Of a stretch of DNA of 25,608 nt, positions 15,681-23,961 are shown in pieces. The stretch spans positions 1 to 25,608 of the IMG/VR virus record IMGVR_UViG_3300032225_001959. One strand, 5' to 3'. The DNA comes from a virus (lineage: Duplodnaviria > Caudoviricetes). The translations under genes were made by a program, and so were the position numbers. Under the pieces are notes generated by a model. The model was not told the DNA's origin, ran no database searches, and saw nothing but the letters and a program-made list of their open reading frames with translations. Each line of letters starts with the position of its first letter. The stretch's first letter is position 1.

Positions 15681-15709
15681 ATTATACAAGAAGTTGATTA
15701 GAATGTCAA
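15681..15709 (-). promoter_or_regulatory. Consensus sigma70-type promoter (probably leaderless transcript)
   Basis: TTGACA-17 nt-TATAAT, then 6 nt, then ATG. Confidence 0.85.
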
Positions 15710-17068
15710 CTGACTTTTGGCATAACCAAAATAGGTTATGGTTGCGGCACCATTGCTCCAAGAATTGCTTATAGCAAAGTTCCAAGCACCGTTTATCCGG
15801 ACCGGAATCATAATGCCTGCGGTGTTGCTGTTACTGCCACTCAGCAAGTTGTAGGCCTGAGTCACAGTATTTAGGTAAGAGCGTTTGGCCTGTGTGAATG
15901 TGCCTGTGCCCGAGTTGATCCAGGCCTGATTGGCACTGTCAGCCGTACCACTTGAACTCATAGTGTTGTTGGTGTTCATTAACCAAATATCTAACTTGCC
16001 ATCACCGTTTAAATCAATCAACTTTGGAGTATAACTGGCCAGGGCACTTTGATTGTAGCCACCAACAAATGCAGTGTCAGTAGTTTCGGTAAATGTTAAA
16101 TTGCCCTGGTTAATGTATATCTGCACCTGGCTTTGTGGTCCGGCTGTGTTGGTTACTGAGTTGTCATACAAATAACTAACTACCACAATGTCTAACCAGC
16201 CGTCACTGTTCAAATCTCCCACAACACAACTCACGTCATGACTGCGCCCAACGGATGTGGTATTAGATCTGTCAAAATAAGGAACTGGTAATTCTGCTAC
16301 CTTGTAATTTTGTAGATTACTGTCAAGTTTGTAAATCCACGTGTCCTTAAAGGCAGTAGCAACACTGACATCAACCACAACAATCGACGTGGCTCCTGAA
16401 CTGTCAAGATCTCCTGAACACAATCCACTACCGCGAAATGCCTGTGAGCCAGCCCAACCGCTGTAGTTTGGCATGTATGTAAAACCATTTGCCTGGTTGT
16501 TTATCCAAAAATCACCATACTGATTGGCAATATCCAGCCAGCCATCCTTGTTGAGATCTATAACCGTAGAACCATGACTCCAAGTTAGGCCTGCCACATC
16601 CACACGCAAATGACTTTGGCCTGAACGACTCATAAATGCTACGGACTGATTTGATTGACTGGCCAAATCGCCATCAGTAAACCCTGCAAAAAAGATATCA
16701 TCAATGCCGTCATGATTAAAATCAGCCACCAGGGGATAATGCACTGACAACGCAAAGTCACCGCCTAAAATGTCCGTTGTTGCATCTGATACGCCACTGG
16801 CAGTGATTTGATATATTTTCACGCTGGGCACTGTGATACCAACTAACCAACCACTAAGTACCACATAGGTACTGCCATTACCTTTGAAATCACCTGTGAC
16901 TAAACTGGGAATAAAAGGATTGCTACTACTCGCGGCATTTATGCTTGATATTGATGCATTGGTGGTAACCATAGTACTACTAGAACTAGATGTTCCGGAC
17001 CCACCACCGCCTCCACCACAACCTGTTAGAGCCACTGCCAGGGCAGAGATTACAAGTGCAAGTTTCAT
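15698..17068 (-). CDS. FG-GAP/VCBS-repeat lipoprotein
   Basis: Signal peptide with lipobox LTGC and a Gly/Ser linker. Repeats GDFKGNG, ADFNHDGIDD, IDLNKDGWLD, GDLDSSG, GDLNSDGWLD and IDLNGDGKLD. Confidence 0.85.
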   Translation of the reverse strand: MKLALVISALAVALTGCGGGGGGSGTSSSSSTMVTTNASISSINAASSSNPFIPSLVTGDFKGNGSTYVVLSGWLVGITVPSVKIYQITASGVSDATTDILGGDFALSVHYPLVADFNHDGIDDIFFAGFTDGDLASQSNQSVAFMSRSGQSHLRVDVAGLTWSHGSTVIDLNKDGWLDIANQYGDFWINNQANGFTYMPNYSGWAGSQAFRGSGLCSGDLDSSGATSIVVVDVSVATAFKDTWIYKLDSNLQNYKVAELPVPYFDRSNTTSVGRSHDVSCVVGDLNSDGWLDIVVVSYLYDNSVTNTAGPQSQVQIYINQGNLTFTETTDTAFVGGYNQSALASYTPKLIDLNGDGKLDIWLMNTNNTMSSSGTADSANQAWINSGTGTFTQAKRSYLNTVTQAYNLLSGSNSNTAGIMIPVRINGAWNFAISNSWSNGAATITYFGYAKSQLTF

Positions 17069-17077
17069 AACAATCCT

Positions 17078-17275
17078 TTAGTTTCTATCAACTTTCACAC
17101 AGATATATCCAGTTCGTTTGTCTTTGGTTTGAGACAAACGTTTTTGTTCTTGGCGACAAGTATTCCAAGATGTGAAATAGTCTAATGGCTGATATTCCAA
17201 CGTCAGCGAGCCACTTGCAGGATTTTGGGCCACCATTACTGCCACCAGTACTATTTCATACAAAGGAGTCATCAT
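17078..17275 (-). CDS. Small hypothetical protein, possibly exported, with two Cys
   Basis: ATGA overlap with the ligase stop and a hydrophobic N-terminus. Confidence 0.6.
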   Translation of the reverse strand: MMTPLYEIVLVAVMVAQNPASGSLTLEYQPLDYFTSWNTCRQEQKRLSQTKDKRTGYICVKVDRN

Positions 17276-18645
17276 ACTTTCTCCCCTGTATCAAAATCTC
17301 GGAATCTCAAGAATCTTGGGAATCTGAGACTGTAGGTTCCGTCTTGATTTTGGGTGACTGCGTCCGCTTGCACTTCAACCAAGTGACCAAGTAACTGATC
17401 CCTATTGGCCCAATACTCATCACGAACAGTATCACTAAAGCCAGTACCAACATTAACATGAATTCTACGGTCATTGTCTTCTCCTTCACAAATTATAGCA
17501 CCCAACCGACCTGCATTGCGACCAGTACCTTCTTCAAACCCAATAATGTTAAGATCAACTGAGATTGTAGGTTTCCATTTCATCCACGAGTCTGAACGTT
17601 TGCACTCGTAGGGTGCGTCCATACTCTTGATCATAATACCTTCAAAACCTTCAGCCACAGCATCCTCAGCAAAACGATTCATGATGTCATGCCCTTCGGC
17701 GGTGTCCAGATCCACTTCTAAACCGTTCATTATACGTAAACAAGTGGTTTCTAAAAGACGTTCCTTGGACTTTTCAAGCCACTCAATGCGTTTGTACTGT
17801 TGTAGGTTGCAATGTCCTTCTTGCAATGACTCTAGAGGAATGATATCAAATATGTGATACACCATGCCTTCAGTCACAGCATCCGTCTTGCGATGTGCCT
17901 GCTTCATGAGTTTCTGGAAACTCTCGCCCACAATCTCGCCGTCTAATACAAAACGTCCACCGGTGCCACGACCCCATTGGAAATGCTTGCGGGCATCTTC
18001 AATGGCATCTGCAATCTGTGGGAAGTTCTCAAACTCTTTGCCATTGCGACTGAACAACGTGACATTGGCACCATCAACCACTGCTAACACACGCACACCA
18101 TCCAGTTTGACTTCTAGCCGTTTGATGCCTTTTAGTTTCTTGGGTTGGTCAGTAGAATCTTGTGCCAGTTGACAAGTAAACACAGGAATTTTGTATTCAG
18201 TTCGGCCCAGTACTTTGTTAAGAGTTTTTTCTGAAATGCCACAACGCAGGTCTTTGGTCATGACTCTACGGGCCAAGTTGTTCCACTCGTCACTATCAAA
18301 CATCTGGCTCATTTGCTCAATGCTTTCTCTAGCACGATTGCCTGTGATGTATCGGGTGCGAAGTGCTTCCAGCAAGGCCCAGAATTTTGTCCAAGGGTTG
18401 GGCCGACTGGTCAAGCCTTCAGTTTCAGGAACTTGACGGATGTTGAATGTATAGAAAGGATTGTAAGCCTGGTAGCAGTTAAAGAGAAAACATTGTGCAT
18501 CAGCACTGCCCAGTTTGGCGGCCATCAATGCTTTTTCAATTGTTTTTTCTTTGTGTATGCGACTGTCCGAACTTTCTAGATCACGGATCCATCCTGCCGC
18601 CACTATGCTGTCAAACCTTTCGTTTGAGAAGTCGGTTTCATTCAT
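17272..18645 (-). CDS. ATP-dependent DNA ligase
   Basis: Motif I EVKLDGVR, FSRNGK, LDGEI, IFDII, EGIMIK, WMKWK, VGTGFSD and SLRFPRFLRFR. Confidence 0.95.
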   Translation of the reverse strand: MNETDFSNERFDSIVAAGWIRDLESSDSRIHKEKTIEKALMAAKLGSADAQCFLFNCYQAYNPFYTFNIRQVPETEGLTSRPNPWTKFWALLEALRTRYITGNRARESIEQMSQMFDSDEWNNLARRVMTKDLRCGISEKTLNKVLGRTEYKIPVFTCQLAQDSTDQPKKLKGIKRLEVKLDGVRVLAVVDGANVTLFSRNGKEFENFPQIADAIEDARKHFQWGRGTGGRFVLDGEIVGESFQKLMKQAHRKTDAVTEGMVYHIFDIIPLESLQEGHCNLQQYKRIEWLEKSKERLLETTCLRIMNGLEVDLDTAEGHDIMNRFAEDAVAEGFEGIMIKSMDAPYECKRSDSWMKWKPTISVDLNIIGFEEGTGRNAGRLGAIICEGEDNDRRIHVNVGTGFSDTVRDEYWANRDQLLGHLVEVQADAVTQNQDGTYSLRFPRFLRFRDFDTGEKV

Positions 18646-18657
18646 ATATTTAAGTGA

Positions 18658-19014
18658 TTACCACGATGAGTTATAAAACACTTTTAAACCCAGGAACAAT
18701 TCCGCTCGGGCTTTCTTGATGAACTCAAGATCTTGTTCTTTGTAAAAGTCATCTGACTCGTTGCCAAAAAAGAATCCCTGCGTACTCGGCAGTTGGTCAT
18801 GTGTTATTGCACGTTCCAGTTCATCCAGATCCTCCCAGGTCAATTCAAGTTCGATGCCGTTGAATGATTTATATGAATAACCTTTTTCCTTAGCCAGTCG
18901 CTCCATCCAACCATGCAGGTTAGGATGTTTACGCCAGTAGGCGAGTTCACGTTGACCAGTTTCGTAGTCTGCTTCTGCCTTAGCGGCGGTGTATGCATAC
19001 ATGTCCAGACCCAT
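18658..19014 (-). CDS. Conserved phage hypothetical protein (MGLDMY...YWRKHPNLHGWM type)
   Basis: AAGGAG SD and a TAATG overlap. I recognise the N-terminal motif as common in phage proteins of unknown function. Confidence 0.8.
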   Translation of the reverse strand: MGLDMYAYTAAKAEADYETGQRELAYWRKHPNLHGWMERLAKEKGYSYKSFNGIELELTWEDLDELERAITHDQLPSTQGFFFGNESDDFYKEQDLEFIKKARAELFLGLKVFYNSSW

Positions 19015-19169
19015 TACTTTGCTCCTTGATGATGTTTAAATTCGCGTTTGAGCCAAAATTTATATCGGTTAAAATATTCTTGTGCGGTTAGTTGTGGTTC
19101 AAGGCCATAACTGATCAGTTCGTCAACATGCTCGTACCACTTTTCTCTGCACCAAGAACGGAAGTTCAT
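19014..19169 (-). CDS. Small hypothetical protein (51 aa, MNFRSWCREKWYEHVDELISYG...WLKREFKHHQGAK)
   Basis: Below the track cutoff. ATGA overlap upstream and TAATG overlap downstream. Confidence 0.75.
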   Translation of the reverse strand: MNFRSWCREKWYEHVDELISYGLEPQLTAQEYFNRYKFWLKREFKHHQGAK

Positions 19170-19477
19170 GCTGTCACCATCTGTCCTTCAACAATCTCCA
19201 ACATGTTTGCCGGGATCTTCCACAAGCCGCCGTCACGGTCATTACGAACTGTGACATACTTGATGGCAATCTTTTTCACTGTGCCTGTGGCACCTGCGGG
19301 ATTTTTAGAACTGACCCAACGCACTCGAACGCCCACGTCTAGGTTGCGTTTGACCTGCTTGCGAAGACTGATCTGATTGAAACGGATGGCGTCAGCCATA
19401 CTACGAAGTTCAACATCGGTCCACGTGCCAAACATGATGGCAGAGTTGAGTTGCTGGATGTCTGTGAGTCGTTCCAT
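19166..19477 (-). CDS. Hypothetical protein with an SH3/KOW-like C-terminal barrel
   Basis: LDVGVRVRW...GTVKKIAIKYVTV...WKIPANMLEIV. AAGGAG SD and its own promoter. Confidence 0.75.
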   Translation of the reverse strand: MERLTDIQQLNSAIMFGTWTDVELRSMADAIRFNQISLRKQVKRNLDVGVRVRWVSSKNPAGATGTVKKIAIKYVTVRNDRDGGLWKIPANMLEIVEGQMVTA

Positions 19478-19507
19478 TCTGGGCTCCTTTTAAGTTTCTA
19501 TACAAGT

Positions 19508-19536
19508 ATTATAACAAATTGGGAATTTCTGGTCAA
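19508..19536 (-). promoter_or_regulatory. Sigma70-type early promoter
   Basis: TTGACC-17 nt-TATAAT with extended TGn, followed by an AAGGAG SD. Confidence 0.85.
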
Positions 19537-19691
19537 TCCACGTAATAGTGTACGGACTGTGAGAGCGCAGACAACTTGTCCATGATGTCTCTATACACTT
19601 GATCGCATTCTGCCAGTTGGTCGCCACTGCAACAGGATTCGTCTAGCATGGTTTCAACTTCGGCTAATTTTGCAAGAATTGCTTCGCGCAT
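19533..19691 (-). CDS. Small hypothetical protein (52 aa, MREAILAKLAEVE...)
   Basis: AAGGAG SD 7 nt before ATG 19691 and its own promoter. Confidence 0.7.
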   Translation of the reverse strand: MREAILAKLAEVETMLDESCCSGDQLAECDQVYRDIMDKLSALSQSVHYYVD

Positions 19692-19721
19692 ATCTGACTC
19701 CTTTTTACTGAACATGTGTAT

Positions 19722-19750
19722 ATTATAGCAAAAGAGCATTTATTGGTCAA
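19722..19750 (-). promoter_or_regulatory. Sigma70-type early promoter
   Basis: TTGACC-17 nt-TATAAT with extended TGn. Confidence 0.85.
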
Positions 19751-19757
19751 CCCAAAG

Positions 19758-19784
19758 AAAAACCCTGCACAGGGCAGGGTTTTT
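19758..19784. terminator. Rho-independent terminator, potentially bidirectional
   Basis: AAAAACCCTGC-ACAGG-GCAGGGTTTTT downstream of the beta-barrel gene. Confidence 0.85.
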
Positions 19785-19805
19785 GTAGTACTAAAGTATT
19801 ACTTT

Positions 19806-20366
19806 TTAGAAACCGCGTGTGTAAGCAATGGCCCAGACCTTTTGGTCGTTGTCGCCTTTGACACGGTCGTAACGCACACCAATAGAATCAACTTTGGTCA
19901 CGGCATATGAAACACCTGCACGAACTGTGTGTGTTTGGTCGTTGTACAAACCACTGTCGGCCGCACTGCGGAAACGATATCCAACTTTGGCTGTCAAGCC
20001 AGCGACTCCTGGAACTGGTGCAGTGACACCTGGCTCAATTGAGTAGTATGAGAAGTTGGTTGTGTTTGTGTACTTTTGACCCAATGCCACACGAGTATAG
20101 CCATTGATGCCTTCAGCCATCGGCATTGTACCAGTAACACCTGCTTCCAAGCGTGTGCTCAGAGCGTTGGTGCCTTCAGTTTGTGCATTACTGAAAGCCA
20201 AGTCACCAGCGAACACGCTCGTGATATCTTTCTTGATACCCAAAACACTTTGACTTTGACCGGCGGCACCATTGTTATTGATGCGCTGACCTTCGACCGT
20301 GAAACTGTCGGCTGCAAATGCAGTACCTGTAATGGCCAAGGCCAAAATTGCAAAAATTTTCTTCAT
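19806..20366 (-). CDS. Outer-membrane beta-barrel (porin-like) protein
   Basis: Sec signal ending AFA, alternating amphipathic beta strands and a C-terminal Y-x-x-x-F (YTRGF) beta-signal. It has its own promoter and terminator. Confidence 0.8.
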   Translation of the reverse strand: MKKIFAILALAITGTAFAADSFTVEGQRINNNGAAGQSQSVLGIKKDITSVFAGDLAFSNAQTEGTNALSTRLEAGVTGTMPMAEGINGYTRVALGQKYTNTTNFSYYSIEPGVTAPVPGVAGLTAKVGYRFRSAADSGLYNDQTHTVRAGVSYAVTKVDSIGVRYDRVKGDNDQKVWAIAYTRGF

Positions 20367-20408
20367 TTAGTTTTTCCTTTTAAAAGTAGAATGACATAGT
20401 CAATCTAT

Positions 20409-20437
20409 ATTATATATGCGTATTTGTACTAAGTCAA
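20409..20437 (-). promoter_or_regulatory. Sigma70-type promoter for the beta-barrel gene
   Basis: TTGACT-17 nt-TATAAT. Confidence 0.75.
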
Positions 20438-20468
20438 TACAAAATCAACCTCAAAATAGCCAATTTGA

Positions 20469-22508
20469 TCAGGTAACTGGTTCAATTACCGGAATCGGTG
20501 CTATGTCTGGATTGCTGGGTATTTGATTGGTATTATATAAACCGGCCGCACTCAATCTTGCATTGTTACGACCTTCACGCATGGCACCCACGATGGCCTG
20601 CCCACCAAGGGTTGTGGTGTCGGAGATGTTCTCCAAAAACTCAGCCGCATCGCCTGAGGCTGTGAGTAGTCCGTAGTAAGGCAAGTTTTGTACAAAAGCA
20701 TACACACTATTCTTATCGCCGGGCTGTAACAGGAAATAATCGATACCGGCCTCAGTAGTATACTTGGCACTCAAGTTCATTAAGTTGGCCATGTAGGTCC
20801 AGGCTGTGTTGAGTATGGTTATATTTGGATTGCCACTGAGCGCGGCAATAGCCGCGTTGGCATTGGTAATTTGCGTTTGAACTCCAGCATCGTTGACTGC
20901 TGACAAAATATTTACGTATGCTGTGTTCAAGGTGGCAAGACTGCCAGCACCTTGCAAGGTGTTGATGGCTGCGGTGGCAGTGGTCAATTGTGCGGCAAAG
21001 TTGTCGCTATCAATGGCTAGACCTAATACATCATAAGTGGTAATAGTGTCATTAGGTCCTGTGCCTGTGGCCATTGTGGTTGAAATGTAATTAGTTACTG
21101 AACTGTCAACTGGTGTAGTTTGCGCTTGAATCAGTGGCAAGTTGGCCATTGTACTAAGGCCGCCTAGTGTAGTAGGTGTCCAATAGGCAGTATTGTTGAT
21201 GTTGGTTCCAGCAGGTACATCAGTTGTGGCACGGTAGTAAGTAGGCACCGGAGAGCCATAACCGACCACAGCATTGGCTAGGTATGGTTGTGTTACATTC
21301 CAAGGATTGTCAACGTTGCCTAATACTGTATCTGCTAATTTTGGCAATGTAGTAGTAGGAATATTATTAATTTGTTGAAAGGATACCTGGATGGCTTTGT
21401 TAGCAGTGGCCTGAGCAGGTGGAATAATTTTACCTAGTTCATCACAACCACTTGCCGTGGGCAAGTAACTGTTAACTATAGGAGAGATGCTGGAATTTAC
21501 TGCGCCAGTTGAGTTAAAAATAGGCACCGGGCCGTTGGGACTAGGAGTTTGCAATGATGCATAACTCAATGGAAACATGATCACTGGGTTTAACAAATCA
21601 TCAAGACTATCAATTCCCGGAGTAGTTACTCCCAGAATATCTAATATCTGTGTTAATGCATCGCCCGACAATGTAGTAATTGCATTGTACGCCATCAACT
21701 GTAATTTATCAAACTCGTTTTGTGTTAGGCCTGTGGGATTGTTCAGTCCCACACGATTGTCATTTACTAGATTAGCAATATCAGTGGCCGATAGTCCCAT
21801 GCTGATTAAGACATTTTGCAAATCAGGAACAGTGCGTCCCCGAATACCGGCCAATGCAGATATCTGTTGCAATAGTCCAGCGGGGGTGCCATACAAATCC
21901 AACTTGCCCATGTTCCACAAGTTGCCTTGATTGGCCAGGTCAACTCCAAAATTGGGCAAGTCTGTTGATACACTGGCAATGTTGGCAGTTACCAAATCAC
22001 TCATGTTGGTAAACAACGGACCAAGATACTGATTGGCATTGGCCGAACTGTTGATATACTGATTGGTACTGGCAATATAGCCTTGCATGGCCACAAATCC
22101 TTGACCAAACTTGCCCGCATCGCCATTGCCAAGATAGGCCGCACAAGTTTGTTCTATCAAGTTTGAAAATCCCGATGGATCAATTGTGCTGCCGTCCACT
22201 GCGCCAAGGTAATTGATCAAGTATTCACTGTTCAGGTAAGGATATGTGCCCACAGGAGATTCTGGTATACTGTTGCCCAGTGCAGGACATACTGTGGCAC
22301 CAATTCTCAAGAGACTGTTCAAGGTAGACTGTGTGGCAAAACTCTGTGCTTTGTAAAAACTCACTGCCGCAAGAAAATTTCCAATCACAGTGGTAGCATT
22401 GAATGACTGAATAGCAGTGGCCAATGCGGCAGGAAAAGGTTTTAGACCTTGGTTTTGCAACAAGGCCACAGATGCTGTTAACTGTAGTGGACTGAGAATA
22501 CTGGGCAT
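20469..22508 (-). CDS. Probable virion structural (baseplate/tail-associated) protein
   Basis: 679 aa, rich in A/T/N/G/L and poor in charged residues. Translationally coupled (TAATG) to the PAAR gene. The function is an inference. Confidence 0.6.
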   Translation of the reverse strand: MPSILSPLQLTASVALLQNQGLKPFPAALATAIQSFNATTVIGNFLAAVSFYKAQSFATQSTLNSLLRIGATVCPALGNSIPESPVGTYPYLNSEYLINYLGAVDGSTIDPSGFSNLIEQTCAAYLGNGDAGKFGQGFVAMQGYIASTNQYINSSANANQYLGPLFTNMSDLVTANIASVSTDLPNFGVDLANQGNLWNMGKLDLYGTPAGLLQQISALAGIRGRTVPDLQNVLISMGLSATDIANLVNDNRVGLNNPTGLTQNEFDKLQLMAYNAITTLSGDALTQILDILGVTTPGIDSLDDLLNPVIMFPLSYASLQTPSPNGPVPIFNSTGAVNSSISPIVNSYLPTASGCDELGKIIPPAQATANKAIQVSFQQINNIPTTTLPKLADTVLGNVDNPWNVTQPYLANAVVGYGSPVPTYYRATTDVPAGTNINNTAYWTPTTLGGLSTMANLPLIQAQTTPVDSSVTNYISTTMATGTGPNDTITTYDVLGLAIDSDNFAAQLTTATAAINTLQGAGSLATLNTAYVNILSAVNDAGVQTQITNANAAIAALSGNPNITILNTAWTYMANLMNLSAKYTTEAGIDYFLLQPGDKNSVYAFVQNLPYYGLLTASGDAAEFLENISDTTTLGGQAIVGAMREGRNNARLSAAGLYNTNQIPSNPDIAPIPVIEPVT

Positions 22509-22789
22509 TATCCCGCCCTTACATTGGTACTACCGCCAGCACGGGAATGACCACAGGTATCTGTACATCCAGTTGTGATAATTCCTATCCCGCCTGCCTT
22601 TACTGTGCCACTTCCACCTGTTGTGGTAGCAGCCTGGTGTGGCGGATGCGGGCGTCCAAATGGTGCGTGACTGCTCACAGGATTACCATTAACAGTGACT
22701 GGGTTACCATTCACACGTACAGAGGCAACACCTCCAGAGACTACTCCCCCTGCACCGTTTGCATCACCATCTCGCTGTACTGCTGGCAT
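22508..22789 (-). CDS. PAAR-domain spike-tip protein
   Basis: MPAVQRDGD...SVRVNGNPVTVNG..H...HPPH...GSGTVKAGG...TCGH...GSTNVRAG, with His/Cys metal ligands. Confidence 0.88.
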   Translation of the reverse strand: MPAVQRDGDANGAGGVVSGGVASVRVNGNPVTVNGNPVSSHAPFGRPHPPHQAATTTGGSGTVKAGGIGIITTGCTDTCGHSRAGGSTNVRAG

Positions 22790-22790
22790 G

Positions 22791-23090
22791 TTACCCCAAT
22801 ATAAGTTTCTTGTCCGGAACTTTGATGCCTGTGGTTGCTTCGATGTATTTCATTTTGACAGCGTCTTCAGCATAGGCATAAAGTGATATGCTGTTGATAT
22901 TTAGTTGTATTTCCCGCTTGATATCTGCGGTGAACATTGAAGGCACAAGTCCCATGCCTTGCGGGCCCGGAGCCACGCTCACAGGGTCACTGACAGTGAT
23001 CCATTCAGTACCAGGTTTTTCAACGCGGGCAATTAACTCTTCCCCAGAGTTGAGTTTGAAGGTGTACACTTGATTTTGGTCGAATTTCAT
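22791..23090 (-). CDS. Conserved phage protein, Sm-like fold (FKLNSGEELIA motif)
   Basis: K-L-x-S-G-E-E-x-I-A motif seen in small proteins of large myoviruses. Start set at MKFDQ. Confidence 0.65.
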   Translation of the reverse strand: MKFDQNQVYTFKLNSGEELIARVEKPGTEWITVSDPVSVAPGPQGMGLVPSMFTADIKREIQLNINSISLYAYAEDAVKMKYIEATTGIKVPDKKLILG

Positions 23091-23091
23091 T

Positions 23092-23727
23092 TTAAACTTT
23101 CTGTATAACAATTTGATAGTTGATCATTTTGACTTTTATATGATTTTGGAACATGTTTACAAAAGCATCAATTGACATTTTAGGACGATCTAATACGTCT
23201 GCACCGTCTTTCCAAAGATAATCATCAAAAATCATGTATCCATTCTTTTTTAACAATGCAAATGCCATCACTGAATCTGCCAACACTTCGTCTGCACTGT
23301 GACTGCCATCCACATAGACAAAATCAAATTGGGCTTTTTCTACTATTAGTTCGGCTAGAGCATAAAAACTCAGGGTTGGCATGAGTCGTATTGTTTGTCC
23401 CGGCAACCGGGCTAAGTCAGTATTGTGACGGAACACTTGCTCAATTAAGTTTGGTGCCGGTGCCTGATCATTTCGAAAAGCACTAAGTGGTTCATTCGCA
23501 AAAGGATCTATGCAGGTGATTGTACCATTTTCGGTTAATAAATTTTCCAACATCCAACAAGTGCTACGACCTTCGTGACAACCAATCTCTAAAATTGACG
23601 CCGGAGGTGAATCCATTTGTTCTTTGGTATATTCAAAATTTATCAGGCCGTTTGTAAACCAATCAGCAGTAAAAAATTTGTTGGTTTCAAGAGTTGGTAT
23701 CTTTTCTTTCAACCAGGCCATGGTCAT
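23092..23727 (-). CDS. Class I SAM-dependent methyltransferase (Methyltransf_24-like)
   Basis: ILEIGCHEGRS, CIDPF, FDFVYVDGSH and GYMIFDDYLW. The start is uncertain (23727 chosen). Confidence 0.85.
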   Translation of the reverse strand: MTMAWLKEKIPTLETNKFFTADWFTNGLINFEYTKEQMDSPPASILEIGCHEGRSTCWMLENLLTENGTITCIDPFANEPLSAFRNDQAPAPNLIEQVFRHNTDLARLPGQTIRLMPTLSFYALAELIVEKAQFDFVYVDGSHSADEVLADSVMAFALLKKNGYMIFDDYLWKDGADVLDRPKMSIDAFVNMFQNHIKVKMINYQIVIQKV

Positions 23728-23737
23728 CGATTTGGCA

Positions 23738-23959
23738 TCAACTGAGCCGTTTTCTAAGTTCATTAAATCCTCCTACAAGTTCTTCATCTAAAAATACCTG
23801 TGGCAATGTTCGTGCAGTTGGTACTGCTTCTAGAAGTTGTTCTTTTGTCCAGTCTGTGGACACGTTACGTTCTTCGTATTCGATGCCTCGGCTTTCTAGT
23901 AGTGATTTGGCTTGAACGCAGAAAGGGCACTGGTCTTTTGACCATACAATTGCTTTCAT
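23738..23959 (-). CDS. Glutaredoxin
   Basis: CPFC active site, TLPQVF and VGGF. AAGGAG SD, near nrdB. Confidence 0.95.
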   Translation of the reverse strand: MKAIVWSKDQCPFCVQAKSLLESRGIEYEERNVSTDWTKEQLLEAVPTARTLPQVFLDEELVGGFNELRKRLS

Positions 23960-23961
23960 TA

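Noticed and set aside
22508-22789. Type VI secretion system locus
   Set aside because: There are no vgrG, hcp or tss genes. PAAR proteins are also spike tips of contractile phage tails.
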